Part shown: positions 51,686-62,429 of the stretch, piece after piece
Layout of the letters: each line of letters begins with the position of its first letter
How positions within the stretch are numbered: the first letter of the stretch is position 1
Origin: an uncultured bacterium
Lineage (GTDB): Bacteria > Bacillota > Clostridia > Peptostreptococcales > Anaerovoracaceae
DNA: 64,000 bases
NCBI GenBank assembly: GCA_905214195.1
Contig: CAJMLH010000005.1
Coordinates: 315 to 64,314, forward strand
Direction: 5' to 3'
Notes under the pieces: model-generated
What the model was told of the DNA's origin: nothing
The model's database searches: none
Seen by the model: only the letters and a program-made list of their open reading frames with translations
Position numbers and translations under genes: made by a program

Positions 51686-52634
51686 AATATTGAATCTGAG
51701 AAAAGAATACGAAAAGGGTAAAACAGCGGTAGAGGACTTCACTCTTACTATACCGGATGGAGAACTGGCGGTCATAGTAGGACCGTCAGGCTGTGGAAAG
51801 TCTACCACCCTAAGAATGATAGCCGGGCTAATCCCGACGACTTCCGGCAGTATAATACTGGACGGCAGGGAGATAAGCAAGGTAAGCACAAGAGACAGAG
51901 ACATTGCGATGGTTTTTCAGAACTACGCTCTCTATGAAAATATGACCGTCTTTGGAAACATTGCCTTTCCCCTTAAAATACGCAAGGAAGAAAAGGAACA
52001 GATAATAGAAAAGGTAACCGGTATATCTAAAATACTCAAAATAGAAGATTTGCTGGACAGAAGACCCAAAACTCTTTCGGGAGGTGAAAAGCAGCGTGTC
52101 GCCATGGGTAGAGCGCTGGTGAGAAACCCAAAGCTGTTTCTGATGGACGAACCGCTTTCAAATCTGGACGCTCGACTTAAGACGGAGCTTAGGGAAGAAA
52201 TAAAGAGGATACAAAGAAAACTGGGAACGACTACGATTTATGTAACCCACGATCAGGAAGAGGCCATGAGCATTGCCGATACGATAATCGTCATGGCTGA
52301 TGGAAGAATAAAGCAAGTAGGAACACCGACAGAAATATACGAGAATCCTGTAGAACCGTCGGTGGCAGGTTTCTTCGGACAACCGGCAATGAATATCTGG
52401 AGCGAGTCCGGGCAAACGCTGGGTATAAGGCCTGAGGATATTATAATTTCAGATTACGAAAAAGACGGAGTCCCCGGAATAGTGAATGAACAGTATTACA
52501 GCGGAGACCACTGGATAATAAAGGTTGAGACGGAGAAAACGCTGATGACTGCCTTTAGCCCGTCGCCTTTACAGGAAAAAAGCAAGCTTTGGCTCAAATT
52601 ACCCGATGATAAGCTTCACCGATGGGAGGTGTAA
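51672..52634 (+). CDS. ABC transporter ATP-binding protein (MalK/UgpC-like)
   Basis: Walker A GPSGCGKST, signature LSGGEKQRV, Walker B LFLMDEPLSNLD, and a C-terminal TOBE-like domain. Confidence 0.9.
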   Translation: MAELKILNLRKEYEKGKTAVEDFTLTIPDGELAVIVGPSGCGKSTTLRMIAGLIPTTSGSIILDGREISKVSTRDRDIAMVFQNYALYENMTVFGNIAFPLKIRKEEKEQIIEKVTGISKILKIEDLLDRRPKTLSGGEKQRVAMGRALVRNPKLFLMDEPLSNLDARLKTELREEIKRIQRKLGTTTIYVTHDQEEAMSIADTIIVMADGRIKQVGTPTEIYENPVEPSVAGFFGQPAMNIWSESGQTLGIRPEDIIISDYEKDGVPGIVNEQYYSGDHWIIKVETEKTLMTAFSPSPLQEKSKLWLKLPDDKLHRWEV

Positions 52635-52638
52635 TATA

Positions 52639-52709
52639 ATGAAGAAAATACTCACATTGTTTATGACATTCATTCTTATTACAGGGCTTACAGGCTGCGG
52701 ACAAGATGA
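52639..52709 (+). repeat. copy 1 of a 71-nt near-exact repeat (2 mismatches) encoding the signal peptide MKKILTLFMTFILITGLTGCGQD
   Basis: Matches 53737-53807. Identity begins exactly at the ATG. Confidence 0.9.
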
Positions 52710-53709
52710 CTCTGAAACCGGGAGTTCCGGCAGAGAAGCGTCGGAAGTAAAGCTGCCGAAAGAAATCGACTACATTACCGATATGAAAGTGGATGAGAAC
52801 GGCTATATCACGCTGGCAGCATATGAGAGAAAGGGAGATTACAATTGTGTAATCAGCATTTCAAAAACTAAGGACGATGGAGAGTCGTGGGAGACTCTGT
52901 ACCAACGAGAAGTCTCGATTAAAGAAAGAGAAAATCACTTTACTGAAGCACATTTGTACTTTGGAGATTCAGGAATTTTCTTTGATGTGTGTGACTGGGA
53001 CAGTGAAGATTTGAGAAATTCCGTTAGAAAGCGTTATTATCTGAGAGACTTTGATAGCGAACCCGAAGAGTTCGATTTCAGCTGGACAGATTTTAGTATA
53101 GATGATGTAAATTACATAGACTTTGAAAATTCCTACGGTATGAAACTTTGGGGTGATTATGCGGAGAAAACCGAACTCTACCGCATGAATATAAAAGACA
53201 GACAAATTGAACAGGTACAGCTGCCCGAGGTCACCGGTCCGGATACCATGGAAAATGACGGCAAATATGTATATGTGCTGTATTATCCGGAAATTGAGGA
53301 AGAAGCCGCCACATTTTCAGCAGGACTAAAGCTGATGGAAAAAGAAATAAAAGAGAATGGCCACGGAATAAGATACGATATGAGAGAGAATAAGGTTCAT
53401 CAGTCAGATATCCTTGACAAGCTGGCAAAGAAAGCAATGCTCTGGGACAATATTGAGAATAATGACGACCAAAACTACTCAATGTATGCGGCAGATACTT
53501 ACTCGGAAGAAGAGAGATATTACATCATTAACGATTCCGGGCTTTGGCGTATAGATAAAGACGGCGAAACTTTAATCTATAAAGAAGAAAATTGGTTGAA
53601 AGAAAAATATTATTTAAACAATCTGACGGTTGGAAACGGCGCCGTATATTTTGCCGCTACTCCGGAGGGTGGTGAAATGAAGCTTTTCAAAGTTGCCGAC
53701 AATCAATAA
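52639..53709 (+). CDS. lipoprotein of unknown function (paralog B; Asp-box TKDDGESW)
   Basis: LTGC lipobox. Several blocks align with paralog A (GESWE(T/S)LY, IRYD..., and a C-terminal YY...D.G(L/W)...D..GE.L(L/I)YK). Confidence 0.65.
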   Translation: MKKILTLFMTFILITGLTGCGQDDSETGSSGREASEVKLPKEIDYITDMKVDENGYITLAAYERKGDYNCVISISKTKDDGESWETLYQREVSIKERENHFTEAHLYFGDSGIFFDVCDWDSEDLRNSVRKRYYLRDFDSEPEEFDFSWTDFSIDDVNYIDFENSYGMKLWGDYAEKTELYRMNIKDRQIEQVQLPEVTGPDTMENDGKYVYVLYYPEIEEEAATFSAGLKLMEKEIKENGHGIRYDMRENKVHQSDILDKLAKKAMLWDNIENNDDQNYSMYAADTYSEEERYYIINDSGLWRIDKDGETLIYKEENWLKEKYYLNNLTVGNGAVYFAATPEGGEMKLFKVADNQ

Positions 53710-53736
53710 TCAAAGGGGAAAGGACGGGTAACGGCT

Positions 53737-53807
53737 ATGAAGAAAATACTCACATTGTTTATGACATTCATTCTTATTACAGGGCTGACAGGCTGCGGCC
53801 AAGATGG
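53737..53807 (+). repeat. copy 2 of the 71-nt signal-peptide repeat at the 5' end of the substrate-binding protein gene
   Basis: Matches 52639-52709. Confidence 0.9.
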
Positions 53808-54996
53808 ATCGGGCGGCAATGAAGAAACGGAACTCAATGTGTTTATGATGAATCCCGATATGTACATGGAGAGCTTTTTATCTTCCTACAGCGGAGAGGA
53901 GGGGCTCGTCACCACTAATGTAGAGATGGGATTGACTAACCCTAATATGGAGGTCGGCGATGTGCTTAAATTGCTGAACACACGGCTCATGAGTGACGAT
54001 GGGCCTGACATCATAGTAATGGACGACATAAATGCTGACGGATACATAGAATCGGGACAGCTTGCGGATCTCAGCGACATAATCAACAAAAGCAACGACC
54101 TTATAAATCCTTTGAAAGAGCAGGACGACGAGATATATTATGTTCCTCTCTCTTTCGGCGTAATAGCAGACTCAAAAAGCACCGGAACTGCGGTGGATTT
54201 TGAAGATATGGAAAAGTATGTATCTTCATTAAAAGCACAAGGCCTTAAGTCGGGAAACTTTGAAAACACTGCGGTTCTCTGGTACAAGACTGAAATAGAG
54301 CCGATAATAAAAGAGGAAAACAACCTGAGCAAAGAAGAACTTACCGGCTTTTACGAAAATGTCAAGGAACTAATGACCGTGACAGAATGGTACGGAAGAA
54401 ACCCGGCAAGGGCTTCTCTGTATCCCGGAACCTTTATGGTAAACCCTCTCATCGAATATTGGGATATATACGCAGATAAGATTGGTGCAGCAAGAAGCTA
54501 TATAACAAATATAAGTGATTTACATCAGCTATATCACGCCAAAAACGAGGGAAAACTGGAATTCAGCTACGGTAAAGCCGATGGCAAGACTGTATATATT
54601 CCTACATGCATAATTGCAGTGAATAACAACAGCAAGAACAAGGATGCCGCTTTTGAAATGGTAGAATACATGTTATCTGAGGAAGGTCAGAAAGATGTGG
54701 CTCAAAACGGTGGTTATCTGCCTGTCAACTATAAGGTTCTCAGAGACGAACTTGAAAACTGTCCGGAAACGAATGTCAGCATAAACGGAGTCGGAGCTGT
54801 TCTCAAACCTTTTGCAGCAAATGACATAGACGAGATTATGGAAGTGATAAAAAATCCGGAGTACGAGGCCTACAGTGACTCTTACCTCATGGAGATAATT
54901 CTCACCGGAGCTGCGGACTACGGCAACGGCGACGAAACTCTTGATTCCGCCGTGGAAAAGGCCATGAACAAGCTGAAAATCTATCTGACGGAATAA
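53737..54996 (+). CDS. ABC transporter substrate-binding lipoprotein (family 1, carbohydrate-type)
   Basis: 419 aa with a lipobox, an SBP_bac_1-like body, and the position typical of a sugar ABC operon. Confidence 0.8.
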   Translation: MKKILTLFMTFILITGLTGCGQDGSGGNEETELNVFMMNPDMYMESFLSSYSGEEGLVTTNVEMGLTNPNMEVGDVLKLLNTRLMSDDGPDIIVMDDINADGYIESGQLADLSDIINKSNDLINPLKEQDDEIYYVPLSFGVIADSKSTGTAVDFEDMEKYVSSLKAQGLKSGNFENTAVLWYKTEIEPIIKEENNLSKEELTGFYENVKELMTVTEWYGRNPARASLYPGTFMVNPLIEYWDIYADKIGAARSYITNISDLHQLYHAKNEGKLEFSYGKADGKTVYIPTCIIAVNNNSKNKDAAFEMVEYMLSEEGQKDVAQNGGYLPVNYKVLRDELENCPETNVSINGVGAVLKPFAANDIDEIMEVIKNPEYEAYSDSYLMEIILTGAADYGNGDETLDSAVEKAMNKLKIYLTE

Positions 54997-55077
54997 AATA
55001 AATATTCCGGCACAACAAAAATTGTGCAAAACAATAATCAACATCACAAAAAAATTGTAAAAATTCACAAAAAACTA

Positions 55078-55106
55078 TTGACAGAGCTGCCAATGAGCAG
55101 TAATAT
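55078..55106 (+). promoter_or_regulatory. sigma-A-like promoter candidate of the leu/ilv operon (TTGACA - 17 nt - TAATAT)
   Basis: Consensus -35 and near-consensus -10, about 40 nt upstream of the leader peptide. Confidence 0.5.
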
Positions 55107-55144
55107 ATGTGTATACAAAATCAAAGGAGAAGAATATCAGTACA

Positions 55145-55210
55145 ATGATGAACATTATTATTATACTCGGTCTAGAAATTATCATCGCAAATAAAATAAT
55201 TCAAAACTGA
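55145..55210 (+). CDS. candidate attenuation leader peptide MMNIIIILGLEIIIANKIIQN (9 Ile + 2 Leu of 21 residues)
   Basis: AAAGGAGAA RBS-like motif 17 nt upstream. The ORF ends 47 nt before a terminator hairpin and 127 nt before leuA. Confidence 0.5.
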   Translation: MMNIIIILGLEIIIANKIIQN

Positions 55211-55257
55211 TATTCTGCCTATAGCCGAGTAAGCAATTTTTATATAGTGTCAAATTA

Positions 55258-55296
55258 GACCTTGCTTCTTATTTCAGGTAGAAGCAGGGTCTTTTT
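55258..55296 (+). terminator. intrinsic terminator / attenuator (gaccttgcttct ... agaagcagggtc + TTTTT) upstream of leuA
   Basis: 12-bp stem with one G-U pair, 10-nt loop and U5. The upstream segment gtaagcaa (55229-55236) can pair with ttgcttct as an alternative anti-terminator. Confidence 0.6.
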
Positions 55297-55336
55297 AATA
55301 CTTAAACAGTTAATGCCAAAAGAAAGGAAATCTAAA

Positions 55337-57064
55337 ATGACAACAGAAATCAAAACCAAAGTTGCAGGTATGAAGAACCACACAAAATACAGTATAGGAT
55401 ACTTCATGCCGCCGACAGAATCCACAGATTGGGTAAAAAAAGACCATATCGACAAAGCTCCTTCATGGTGCAGCGTAGACCTGAGAGACGGAAACCAAGC
55501 ACTCGTTGTACCTATGAGCCTAAACGAAAAACTGGATTTCTTCAAGCTCCTATGCAACATCGGATTCAAGGAAATAGAAGTAGGCTTCCCGGCCGCTTCA
55601 GAAACCGAATATGAATTTCTGAGAAAACTCATAGAAGACGACCTTATACCTGAGGACGTAACCATACAGGTTCTTACTCAGTCAAGAGAACACATAATTC
55701 AAAAGACTTTTGAAGCGGTCAAAGGCGCCCGCAATGTCATAATACACCTTTACAACTCCACCTCTGTAGCTCAAAGACAGCAGGTGTTCAGAAAATCAAA
55801 ACAAGAAATAAAAGATATTGCAGTATTCGGTGCAAAGATGATAGATGAGTACGCAGAAAAAATGTCTGAAACCCACTTTACATTTGAATACTCACCGGAA
55901 AGCTTTACCGGCACGGAAATAGATTATGCCCTTGACATATGCAATGCAGTCATAGATATTTGGAAACCTCGAAAAGAGAGAAAAACCATAATCAATCTTC
56001 CTGCAACTGTATCCATGTCAATGCCTCATGTATACGCTTCCCAGATAGAATTCATGAGCAAGCATCTTAAATACAGAGAAAATGTAATACTTTCCCTTCA
56101 TCCTCACAACGACAGAGGAACAGCCGTTGCAGACTGTGAACTGGGAATTTTGGCAGGCGGAGACAGAATAGAGGGAACTTTGTTCGGCAACGGAGAAAGA
56201 ACAGGAAATGCCGATATAATCACGGTAGCTATGAATCTCTATTCCCATGGAGTAGACCCGGAGCTTGATTTTACCGATATGCCTTATATAGTTAAAAAAT
56301 ACGAAGAGTTTACCGATATGAAAGTTCCTCCAAGACAGCCTTACGGCGGAGAACTGGTATTTGCCGCTTTCTCAGGCTCACATCAGGACGCCATCGCCAA
56401 AGGTATGCACTATAGAGAAGAATTCGAGCCGGATAAATGGAATGTCCCTTATATTCCTATCGACCCGCATGATATCAGCAGAGAGTACGAAGCAGATGTA
56501 ATAAGGATAAACAGCCAGTCAGGCAAGGGCGGAGTCGCTTACATACTTGAAACAAACTACGGTTTCCATATTCCAAACGCCATGAGAGAAGAAATCGGTT
56601 ATATGATGAAACATGTTTCAGATGTAAACCACAAAGAACTTTCACCTGAAAAAATATATGAAATTTTCAGCAGCGAATATGTAAACAGGGCAGACAAATA
56701 TGTTCTTAAAGACGCAACCTTTAAGAGGCTGCCCCAGTCGGAAAGTCTTGGTGATAACGGAATAGAAGCCGATATCGTAACGGTAATAGACGGTAAGACA
56801 TACGCTCTTGCAGGAATCGGTAACGGGCGACTTGACGCAATAACAAACGCGCTCAGAAAAGGTCCTTACAAAATAGAATGTGATTTCGTGACTTATGCCG
56901 AACATGCCCTTGAATCAGAATCTAATTCAAGAGCGGCAGCCTATGTAGCTATATCCGATAAACAAGGTAACACTTACTGGGGAGTGGGCATCCACAACGA
57001 TATAATTTACGCATCGGTCAACGCACTGATGTCTGCCATAAACAGAGCATTTGCAAACAGATAA
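55337..57064 (+). CDS. leuA: 2-isopropylmalate synthase (long form)
   Basis: MTTEIKTK..., [13 protein letters not shown] and [11 protein letters not shown] motifs, and a C-terminal LeuA dimerisation/regulatory domain. Confidence 0.9.
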   Translation: MTTEIKTKVAGMKNHTKYSIGYFMPPTESTDWVKKDHIDKAPSWCSVDLRDGNQALVVPMSLNEKLDFFKLLCNIGFKEIEVGFPAASETEYEFLRKLIEDDLIPEDVTIQVLTQSREHIIQKTFEAVKGARNVIIHLYNSTSVAQRQQVFRKSKQEIKDIAVFGAKMIDEYAEKMSETHFTFEYSPESFTGTEIDYALDICNAVIDIWKPRKERKTIINLPATVSMSMPHVYASQIEFMSKHLKYRENVILSLHPHNDRGTAVADCELGILAGGDRIEGTLFGNGERTGNADIITVAMNLYSHGVDPELDFTDMPYIVKKYEEFTDMKVPPRQPYGGELVFAAFSGSHQDAIAKGMHYREEFEPDKWNVPYIPIDPHDISREYEADVIRINSQSGKGGVAYILETNYGFHIPNAMREEIGYMMKHVSDVNHKELSPEKIYEIFSSEYVNRADKYVLKDATFKRLPQSESLGDNGIEADIVTVIDGKTYALAGIGNGRLDAITNALRKGPYKIECDFVTYAEHALESESNSRAAAYVAISDKQGNTYWGVGIHNDIIYASVNALMSAINRAFANR

Positions 57065-57078
57065 TAAGAGGTACTTAT

Positions 57079-58341
57079 ATGGGAATGACAATGACACAAA
57101 AAATCCTGGCAGACCATGCCGGACTCAAAGAAGTAAAACCGGGCCAGCTTATAGAAGCAAGGCTTGATATGGTTCTTGGGAATGATATAACTTCTCCCGT
57201 AGCCATAAACGAATTTGAGAAAGCAGGATTTGAGCAGGTATTCGATAAATCGAAGATTTCACTGGTTATGGATCACTTTACACCAAACAAGGATATAAAA
57301 GCTGCACAGCAGTGCAAACAAACCAGAACTTTTGCAAGAAAATTCGATATAGATAATTTTTTCGATGTAGGCAACATGGGAATAGAACATGCACTTCTTC
57401 CTGAACTTGGCCTTGTAGCGGCAGGTGAATGTATTATAGGTGCAGATTCTCACACATGTACTTACGGAGCATTGGGGGCATTTTCCACCGGTGTGGGAAG
57501 TACAGATATGGCCGCCGGAATGGCGACCGGAAAAGCATGGTTCAAAGTTCCGCCGGCAATTAAGGTCGAATTAAAAGGTGCGCCGCAAAAATTTGTCTCA
57601 GGAAAAGATGTAATACTTCACCTCATCGGTATGATAGGTGTAGACGGAGCCCTTTACAAATCTCTCGAATTCATGGGTGAGGGCATAAGCCACCTCTCAA
57701 TGGATGACAGACTTTGCATATCCAATATGGCTATAGAAGCCGGCGCCAAAAACGGAATCTTTGTGGTAGACGATATTACAAGAGAATACATGAAAGACAG
57801 AGTAAGCAGAGAATACAAAGTATTTACACCCGACGATGATGCTGAATACGATCAAACTATCGTCATAGATCTTTCAGAACTTAAGCCTACAGTAGCTTTC
57901 CCTCACTTACCTGAAAACACAAGAACAATAGATAAGGTTGGTGATGTGAAAATAGATCAAGTCGTGATAGGCTCATGCACCAACGGACGTCTTGAGGACA
58001 TGGAAGCCGCAGCAGAAGTTCTGAGAGGCAAAAAAGTTGCGCAGGATGTAAGATGTATAATAATACCTGCAACTCAATCAATCTATAAAGAATGTATCAA
58101 AAGAGGGTATATGGATATCTTTATAGACGCAGGCTGCGCCGTATCAACACCGACATGCGGACCTTGCCTCGGCGGATATATGGGTATTCTGGCAGAACAT
58201 GAAAGATGTATAGCAACCACAAATCGTAATTTTATAGGAAGAATGGGACATAACCTTTCAGAGGTATATCTGTCAAATCCTTTCGTAGCGGCAGCCTCTG
58301 CGGTTACAGGCAAAATAACAGATCCTAAGGAGGTAATGTAG
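57079..58341 (+). CDS. leuC: 3-isopropylmalate dehydratase large subunit (short aconitase-family LeuC)
   Basis: 420 aa with Cys ligands (SCTNGR, CGPCLG). Confidence 0.9.
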   Translation: MGMTMTQKILADHAGLKEVKPGQLIEARLDMVLGNDITSPVAINEFEKAGFEQVFDKSKISLVMDHFTPNKDIKAAQQCKQTRTFARKFDIDNFFDVGNMGIEHALLPELGLVAAGECIIGADSHTCTYGALGAFSTGVGSTDMAAGMATGKAWFKVPPAIKVELKGAPQKFVSGKDVILHLIGMIGVDGALYKSLEFMGEGISHLSMDDRLCISNMAIEAGAKNGIFVVDDITREYMKDRVSREYKVFTPDDDAEYDQTIVIDLSELKPTVAFPHLPENTRTIDKVGDVKIDQVVIGSCTNGRLEDMEAAAEVLRGKKVAQDVRCIIIPATQSIYKECIKRGYMDIFIDAGCAVSTPTCGPCLGGYMGILAEHERCIATTNRNFIGRMGHNLSEVYLSNPFVAAASAVTGKITDPKEVM

Positions 58342-58821
58342 ATGAAAGCTCAAGGAACGGTTTTTAAATACGGAGACAATATCGATACGGATATAATCAT
58401 ACCGGCAAGATATCTAAACACCAGTGACAGCAAGGAGCTTGCGGTACATTGCATGGAACCGGTAGACGAAAACTTTTTCAAAAATGTAAAGGCCGGAGAT
58501 ATCATGGTAGGCGGACTTAATTTCGGATGCGGTTCATCCCGAGAGCATGCACCCATAGCAATTAAAGAATGTGGCATTTCCTGCGTTATAGCCAAATCCT
58601 TTGCCAGAATATTCTACAGAAATGCCATAAACATAGGACTTGCAATAATGGAATGTCCCGATGCGGCAGATGACATAGAAGCGGGAGATAAAGTATCTGT
58701 GGATTTTGAAACGGGAATTATAACAAACATTACTAAAAACAAAGAATACAAGGCCATGCCTTTTCCTGATTTCATAGATAATATAATCAAAAAGGGCGGA
58801 CTGCTCAATTCCATAAAATAA
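58342..58821 (+). CDS. leuD: 3-isopropylmalate dehydratase small subunit
   Basis: 159 aa with a swivel-domain motif ([10 protein letters not shown]). Confidence 0.9.
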   Translation: MKAQGTVFKYGDNIDTDIIIPARYLNTSDSKELAVHCMEPVDENFFKNVKAGDIMVGGLNFGCGSSREHAPIAIKECGISCVIAKSFARIFYRNAINIGLAIMECPDAADDIEAGDKVSVDFETGIITNITKNKEYKAMPFPDFIDNIIKKGGLLNSIK

Positions 58822-58840
58822 AAAAGAAAGAGAGATAAAG

Positions 58841-60052
58841 ATGCTTACACTAAAAGCCTTTGAAGAAGCCGTTGAGGTAGTAAAAAAAGTAGCTATAGAA
58901 ACAGAACTTTTGTACAGCAGATTTCTAAGCGAGCAAACAGGAAACAAAGTATATCTGAAACCGGAAAACTTACAGATAACAGGTGCTTACAAACTAAGAG
59001 GAGCTTACTACAAGATAAGCACCCTTACTGAAGAGGAGCGTGCCAAAGGCCTTGTAACAGCCTCTGCCGGAAATCATGCACAAGGAGTCGCATACGCAGC
59101 TAAGGCTTACGGATGCAAGGCAATCATAGTAATGCCGACAACTACTCCTCTCATGAAAGTTGACAGAACCAAGAGCTATGGAGCAGAAGTTGTTCTTCAC
59201 GGAGATGTGTATGATGAGTCAGCGGCATATGCAGCCAAGCTTGCCGAAGAAAAAGGATATACATTTATCCATCCATTTGACGACCCGGCAGTAGCCACAG
59301 GTCAGGGAACAATAGCAATGGAAATTATAAAGGAACTTCCTCTTGTGGATTACATACTGGTTCCGGTCGGCGGCGGCGGACTTGCAACAGGAGTATCCAC
59401 TCTTGCAAAGCTTCTCAATCCAAAAATAAAAGTAATAGGAGTTGAGCCTGCAGGAGCAGCAAGCCTCAAAGCCTCTTTTGAAAAAGGCAAACCTGTAACT
59501 CTAAATCAAATCTCTACTATAGCAGACGGAACAGCAGTAAAAACTCCCGGACAAAAGATTTTCCCTTACCTTCAGCAAGGGCTTGATGATATAATAACTG
59601 TCGAAGACGATGAACTCATAGTATCATTTTTAGACATGGTGGAAAATCATAAACTCATAATAGAAAATTCGGGACTGCTTTCTGTAGCCGCCTTAAAGCA
59701 TCTTGATGTTAAAGACAAAAAAATCGTTTCTATCCTAAGCGGCGGCAATATGGACATAATTACAATGTCATCTGTAGTTCAGCTTGGTCTTATAATGAGA
59801 GACAGAATATTTACAGTTTCTGTACTTCTGCCTGATAAACCGGGAGAACTTGTAAGAGTAGCATCTACCATAGCAAAAGAGCAAGGCAATGTAGTAAAGC
59901 TTGAGCATAACCAGTTTGTAACGACCAACCGCACGGCTGCCGTGGAGTTAAAAATAACTATCGAAGCTTTTGGCAGTGAACATAAGAACAAAATATGTAA
60001 AGCTCTCAAAAACGCAGGCTATGACCCTAAACTGATAAGCGTTATAATGTAG
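58841..60052 (+). CDS. ilvA: threonine ammonia-lyase (biosynthetic-type with C-terminal ACT-like domain)
   Basis: PLP motifs ([14 protein letters not shown]) plus a roughly 80-aa regulatory C-terminal domain. Confidence 0.85.
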   Translation: MLTLKAFEEAVEVVKKVAIETELLYSRFLSEQTGNKVYLKPENLQITGAYKLRGAYYKISTLTEEERAKGLVTASAGNHAQGVAYAAKAYGCKAIIVMPTTTPLMKVDRTKSYGAEVVLHGDVYDESAAYAAKLAEEKGYTFIHPFDDPAVATGQGTIAMEIIKELPLVDYILVPVGGGGLATGVSTLAKLLNPKIKVIGVEPAGAASLKASFEKGKPVTLNQISTIADGTAVKTPGQKIFPYLQQGLDDIITVEDDELIVSFLDMVENHKLIIENSGLLSVAALKHLDVKDKKIVSILSGGNMDIITMSSVVQLGLIMRDRIFTVSVLLPDKPGELVRVASTIAKEQGNVVKLEHNQFVTTNRTAAVELKITIEAFGSEHKNKICKALKNAGYDPKLISVIM

Positions 60053-60077
60053 CCTGATTGAAAGGAGATATATCAGT

Positions 60078-61154
60078 ATGAGTTATAAAATAGCCGTAAT
60101 ACCGGGAGATGGTATCGGCCCTGAAGTTATAAAAGAAGCCGTAAAGGTTTTAGATACAGTCGGTCTGAAGTTCGGTCATGTATTTGAATACGAATATCTT
60201 GCCGCAGGAGGAGATGCTATTGACAAAACAGGCAAATGTCTACCTGAAGAAACCGTAAAATCAGCCAAAGAAGCAGATGCTGTACTGCTTGGAGCAGTGG
60301 GCGGTCCTAAATGGGATAATCTTCCCGGAGACCTGCGTCCCGAAAGAGCACTCTTAGGTCTTAGAAAAGCCTTGGGACTCTTTGCAAATCTCAGACCTGC
60401 AATTATGTTCGATCAGCTTAAAGACGCATGTCCTCTAAAAGAAGAAAAAGTCAGAGGTGGACTTGATATCTTAGTAGTAAGAGAACTTACAGGTGGTATA
60501 TATTTCGGAGAAAAAGGAATAAAAGACAGCGGCGATATGGGCAAATCAGCCTACGATATTGAGGCTTATTCGGAAAAAGAAGTGGAAAGAGTAGCAGAAA
60601 CAGCGTTTTCCATGGCAATGAAAAGGAATAAAAAAGTAACCAGCGTAGACAAGGCAAATGTACTTGAAAGCTCACGACTCTGGAGAAAAACGGTGGCAAA
60701 GGTTACGGAAAAATATCCTGAGGTTACGCTTGAAAACCTTTATGTGGATAATGCATCAATGCAGCTTGTGTATAATCCGAAACAATTCGATGTAATAGTT
60801 ACAAACAATATTTTCGGCGATATCCTTTCAGATGAAGCCAGTATGATAACAGGCTCCATAGGTATGCTGCCGTCTGCAAGTCTTGCCGAGGGGAATTTCG
60901 GAATGTATGAGCCGGTACACGGCTCAGCTCCCGACATTGCAGGAACCGGCAAAGCCAATCCAACAGCCACTGTACTTTCGGTGGCAATGATGTTAAAATA
61001 TACTTTTGGACTTGTAAACGAATCGAATGCTATTGAGAATGCTGTCAAATCAGTCCTTGAAGATGGTTACAGAACGCCCGATATAATGACGAACGGATGC
61101 AAGCAAGTAACAACTTCTGAAATGGGAGATTTATTCGCAGAAAAGCTGAGGTAA
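60078..61154 (+). CDS. leuB: 3-isopropylmalate dehydrogenase
   Basis: 358 aa with IPMDH motifs ([21 protein letters not shown]). Confidence 0.9.
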   Translation: MSYKIAVIPGDGIGPEVIKEAVKVLDTVGLKFGHVFEYEYLAAGGDAIDKTGKCLPEETVKSAKEADAVLLGAVGGPKWDNLPGDLRPERALLGLRKALGLFANLRPAIMFDQLKDACPLKEEKVRGGLDILVVRELTGGIYFGEKGIKDSGDMGKSAYDIEAYSEKEVERVAETAFSMAMKRNKKVTSVDKANVLESSRLWRKTVAKVTEKYPEVTLENLYVDNASMQLVYNPKQFDVIVTNNIFGDILSDEASMITGSIGMLPSASLAEGNFGMYEPVHGSAPDIAGTGKANPTATVLSVAMMLKYTFGLVNESNAIENAVKSVLEDGYRTPDIMTNGCKQVTTSEMGDLFAEKLR

Positions 61155-61162
61155 ATTGAAAT

Positions 61163-62428
61163 ATGTATAACTTACTTGAAAATCTTATTATATTTTCCGC
61201 CGGAGAAGGACGAACAATTCTTGATGAAATCGCATCTATATATCGCAAAGCCGAAAATGGTGAAGATGTAACATCAAGAGCATATCAAGCAGTGAGAAGT
61301 ATTCTTAAAACTGCTTCAAAATACGGATTCAGCGGTAATCTGTGGAAAAGTACAGTTGCACTATACATAGCATACAACGAAAACCCTTTTTCACTCTCTG
61401 CGGAAAGAAACGATTCAGTACATGAAAATATATTTGCAAAGCGTGACTGCAATATTCTTTCCGAAATATTCAATTTTGATCTTAGTGAACTTGACAAGGT
61501 ATTAAAAACAGATTGCTTTGAACTTCTTAAAAACTATGAATCAGATGAACCTGTCTCAGATGCGGGAAAAGTAATTAACAAGTTATGCAATCAGTTATCT
61601 TCATCTGAAAATTTCTACGAAGATATATCGCAATTCTATATGGAAAACGGCGTGGGCGTCTTAGGATTAAACAAAGCTTTTTCGGTAGATACAGAGCATG
61701 AGGAACCGTATTTTGTGCCTGTCAGAACACTTTCCCAAATAAAGCTTTCCGACCTTATCGGATATCAGGTGCAAAAGGAAAAGCTTACGGGCAATACTAC
61801 AGCTTTCCTTAAGAAAAAGCCTGCTAACAATGTTCTTTTGTTTGGAGACGGAGGAACCGGCAAAAGCACAAGCATAAGAGCCCTTGCCAATCAGTATTAT
61901 GACGACGGTCTGAGAATAATACAAGTCTACAGACATCAGATGCGATACTTAAACAAGATTATAACTGCTGTAAAAAGAAGAAATTATCGTTTTATTATAT
62001 ATATGGATGACCTTTCCTTTGAAGATTTTGAAACAGAGTACAAATATCTAAAGGCTGTAATAGAAGGAGGCCTTGAACAAAGACCTGAAAATGTGCTGAT
62101 ATATGCTACATCCAACCGAAGACATCTTATCAAAGAAACTTGGAAAGGCAGAGATGATATGGAACATGACGGTGACCTTCACAGGAGTGATTCCATAGAA
62201 GAAAAGCTAAGTCTTGCAGATAGATTCGGCGTACAGATATACTACGGAAAACCTACAAGGGAAGAATTTCATCATATAATTGAAGTTTTAGCTATTCGAG
62301 AAAAAATAATGATCGATTTTGATGTACTGCACAGTGAAGCCAACAAATGGGAAGTACGCCACGGCGGTGTTTCAGGGAGAAGCGCCCGTCAGTTTATCGA
62401 TTATATAAAGGGAACGGAGGAACATTAA
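61163..62428 (+). CDS. AAA+ ATPase of the DUF815/COG2607 family, embedded in the leu/ilv operon
   Basis: 421 aa with Walker A (LLFGDGGTGKST) and Walker B (IIYMDDLSF) motifs and an about 200-aa unrecognised N-terminal region. Confidence 0.7.
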   Translation: MYNLLENLIIFSAGEGRTILDEIASIYRKAENGEDVTSRAYQAVRSILKTASKYGFSGNLWKSTVALYIAYNENPFSLSAERNDSVHENIFAKRDCNILSEIFNFDLSELDKVLKTDCFELLKNYESDEPVSDAGKVINKLCNQLSSSENFYEDISQFYMENGVGVLGLNKAFSVDTEHEEPYFVPVRTLSQIKLSDLIGYQVQKEKLTGNTTAFLKKKPANNVLLFGDGGTGKSTSIRALANQYYDDGLRIIQVYRHQMRYLNKIITAVKRRNYRFIIYMDDLSFEDFETEYKYLKAVIEGGLEQRPENVLIYATSNRRHLIKETWKGRDDMEHDGDLHRSDSIEEKLSLADRFGVQIYYGKPTREEFHHIIEVLAIREKIMIDFDVLHSEANKWEVRHGGVSGRSARQFIDYIKGTEEH

Positions 62429-62429
62429 A

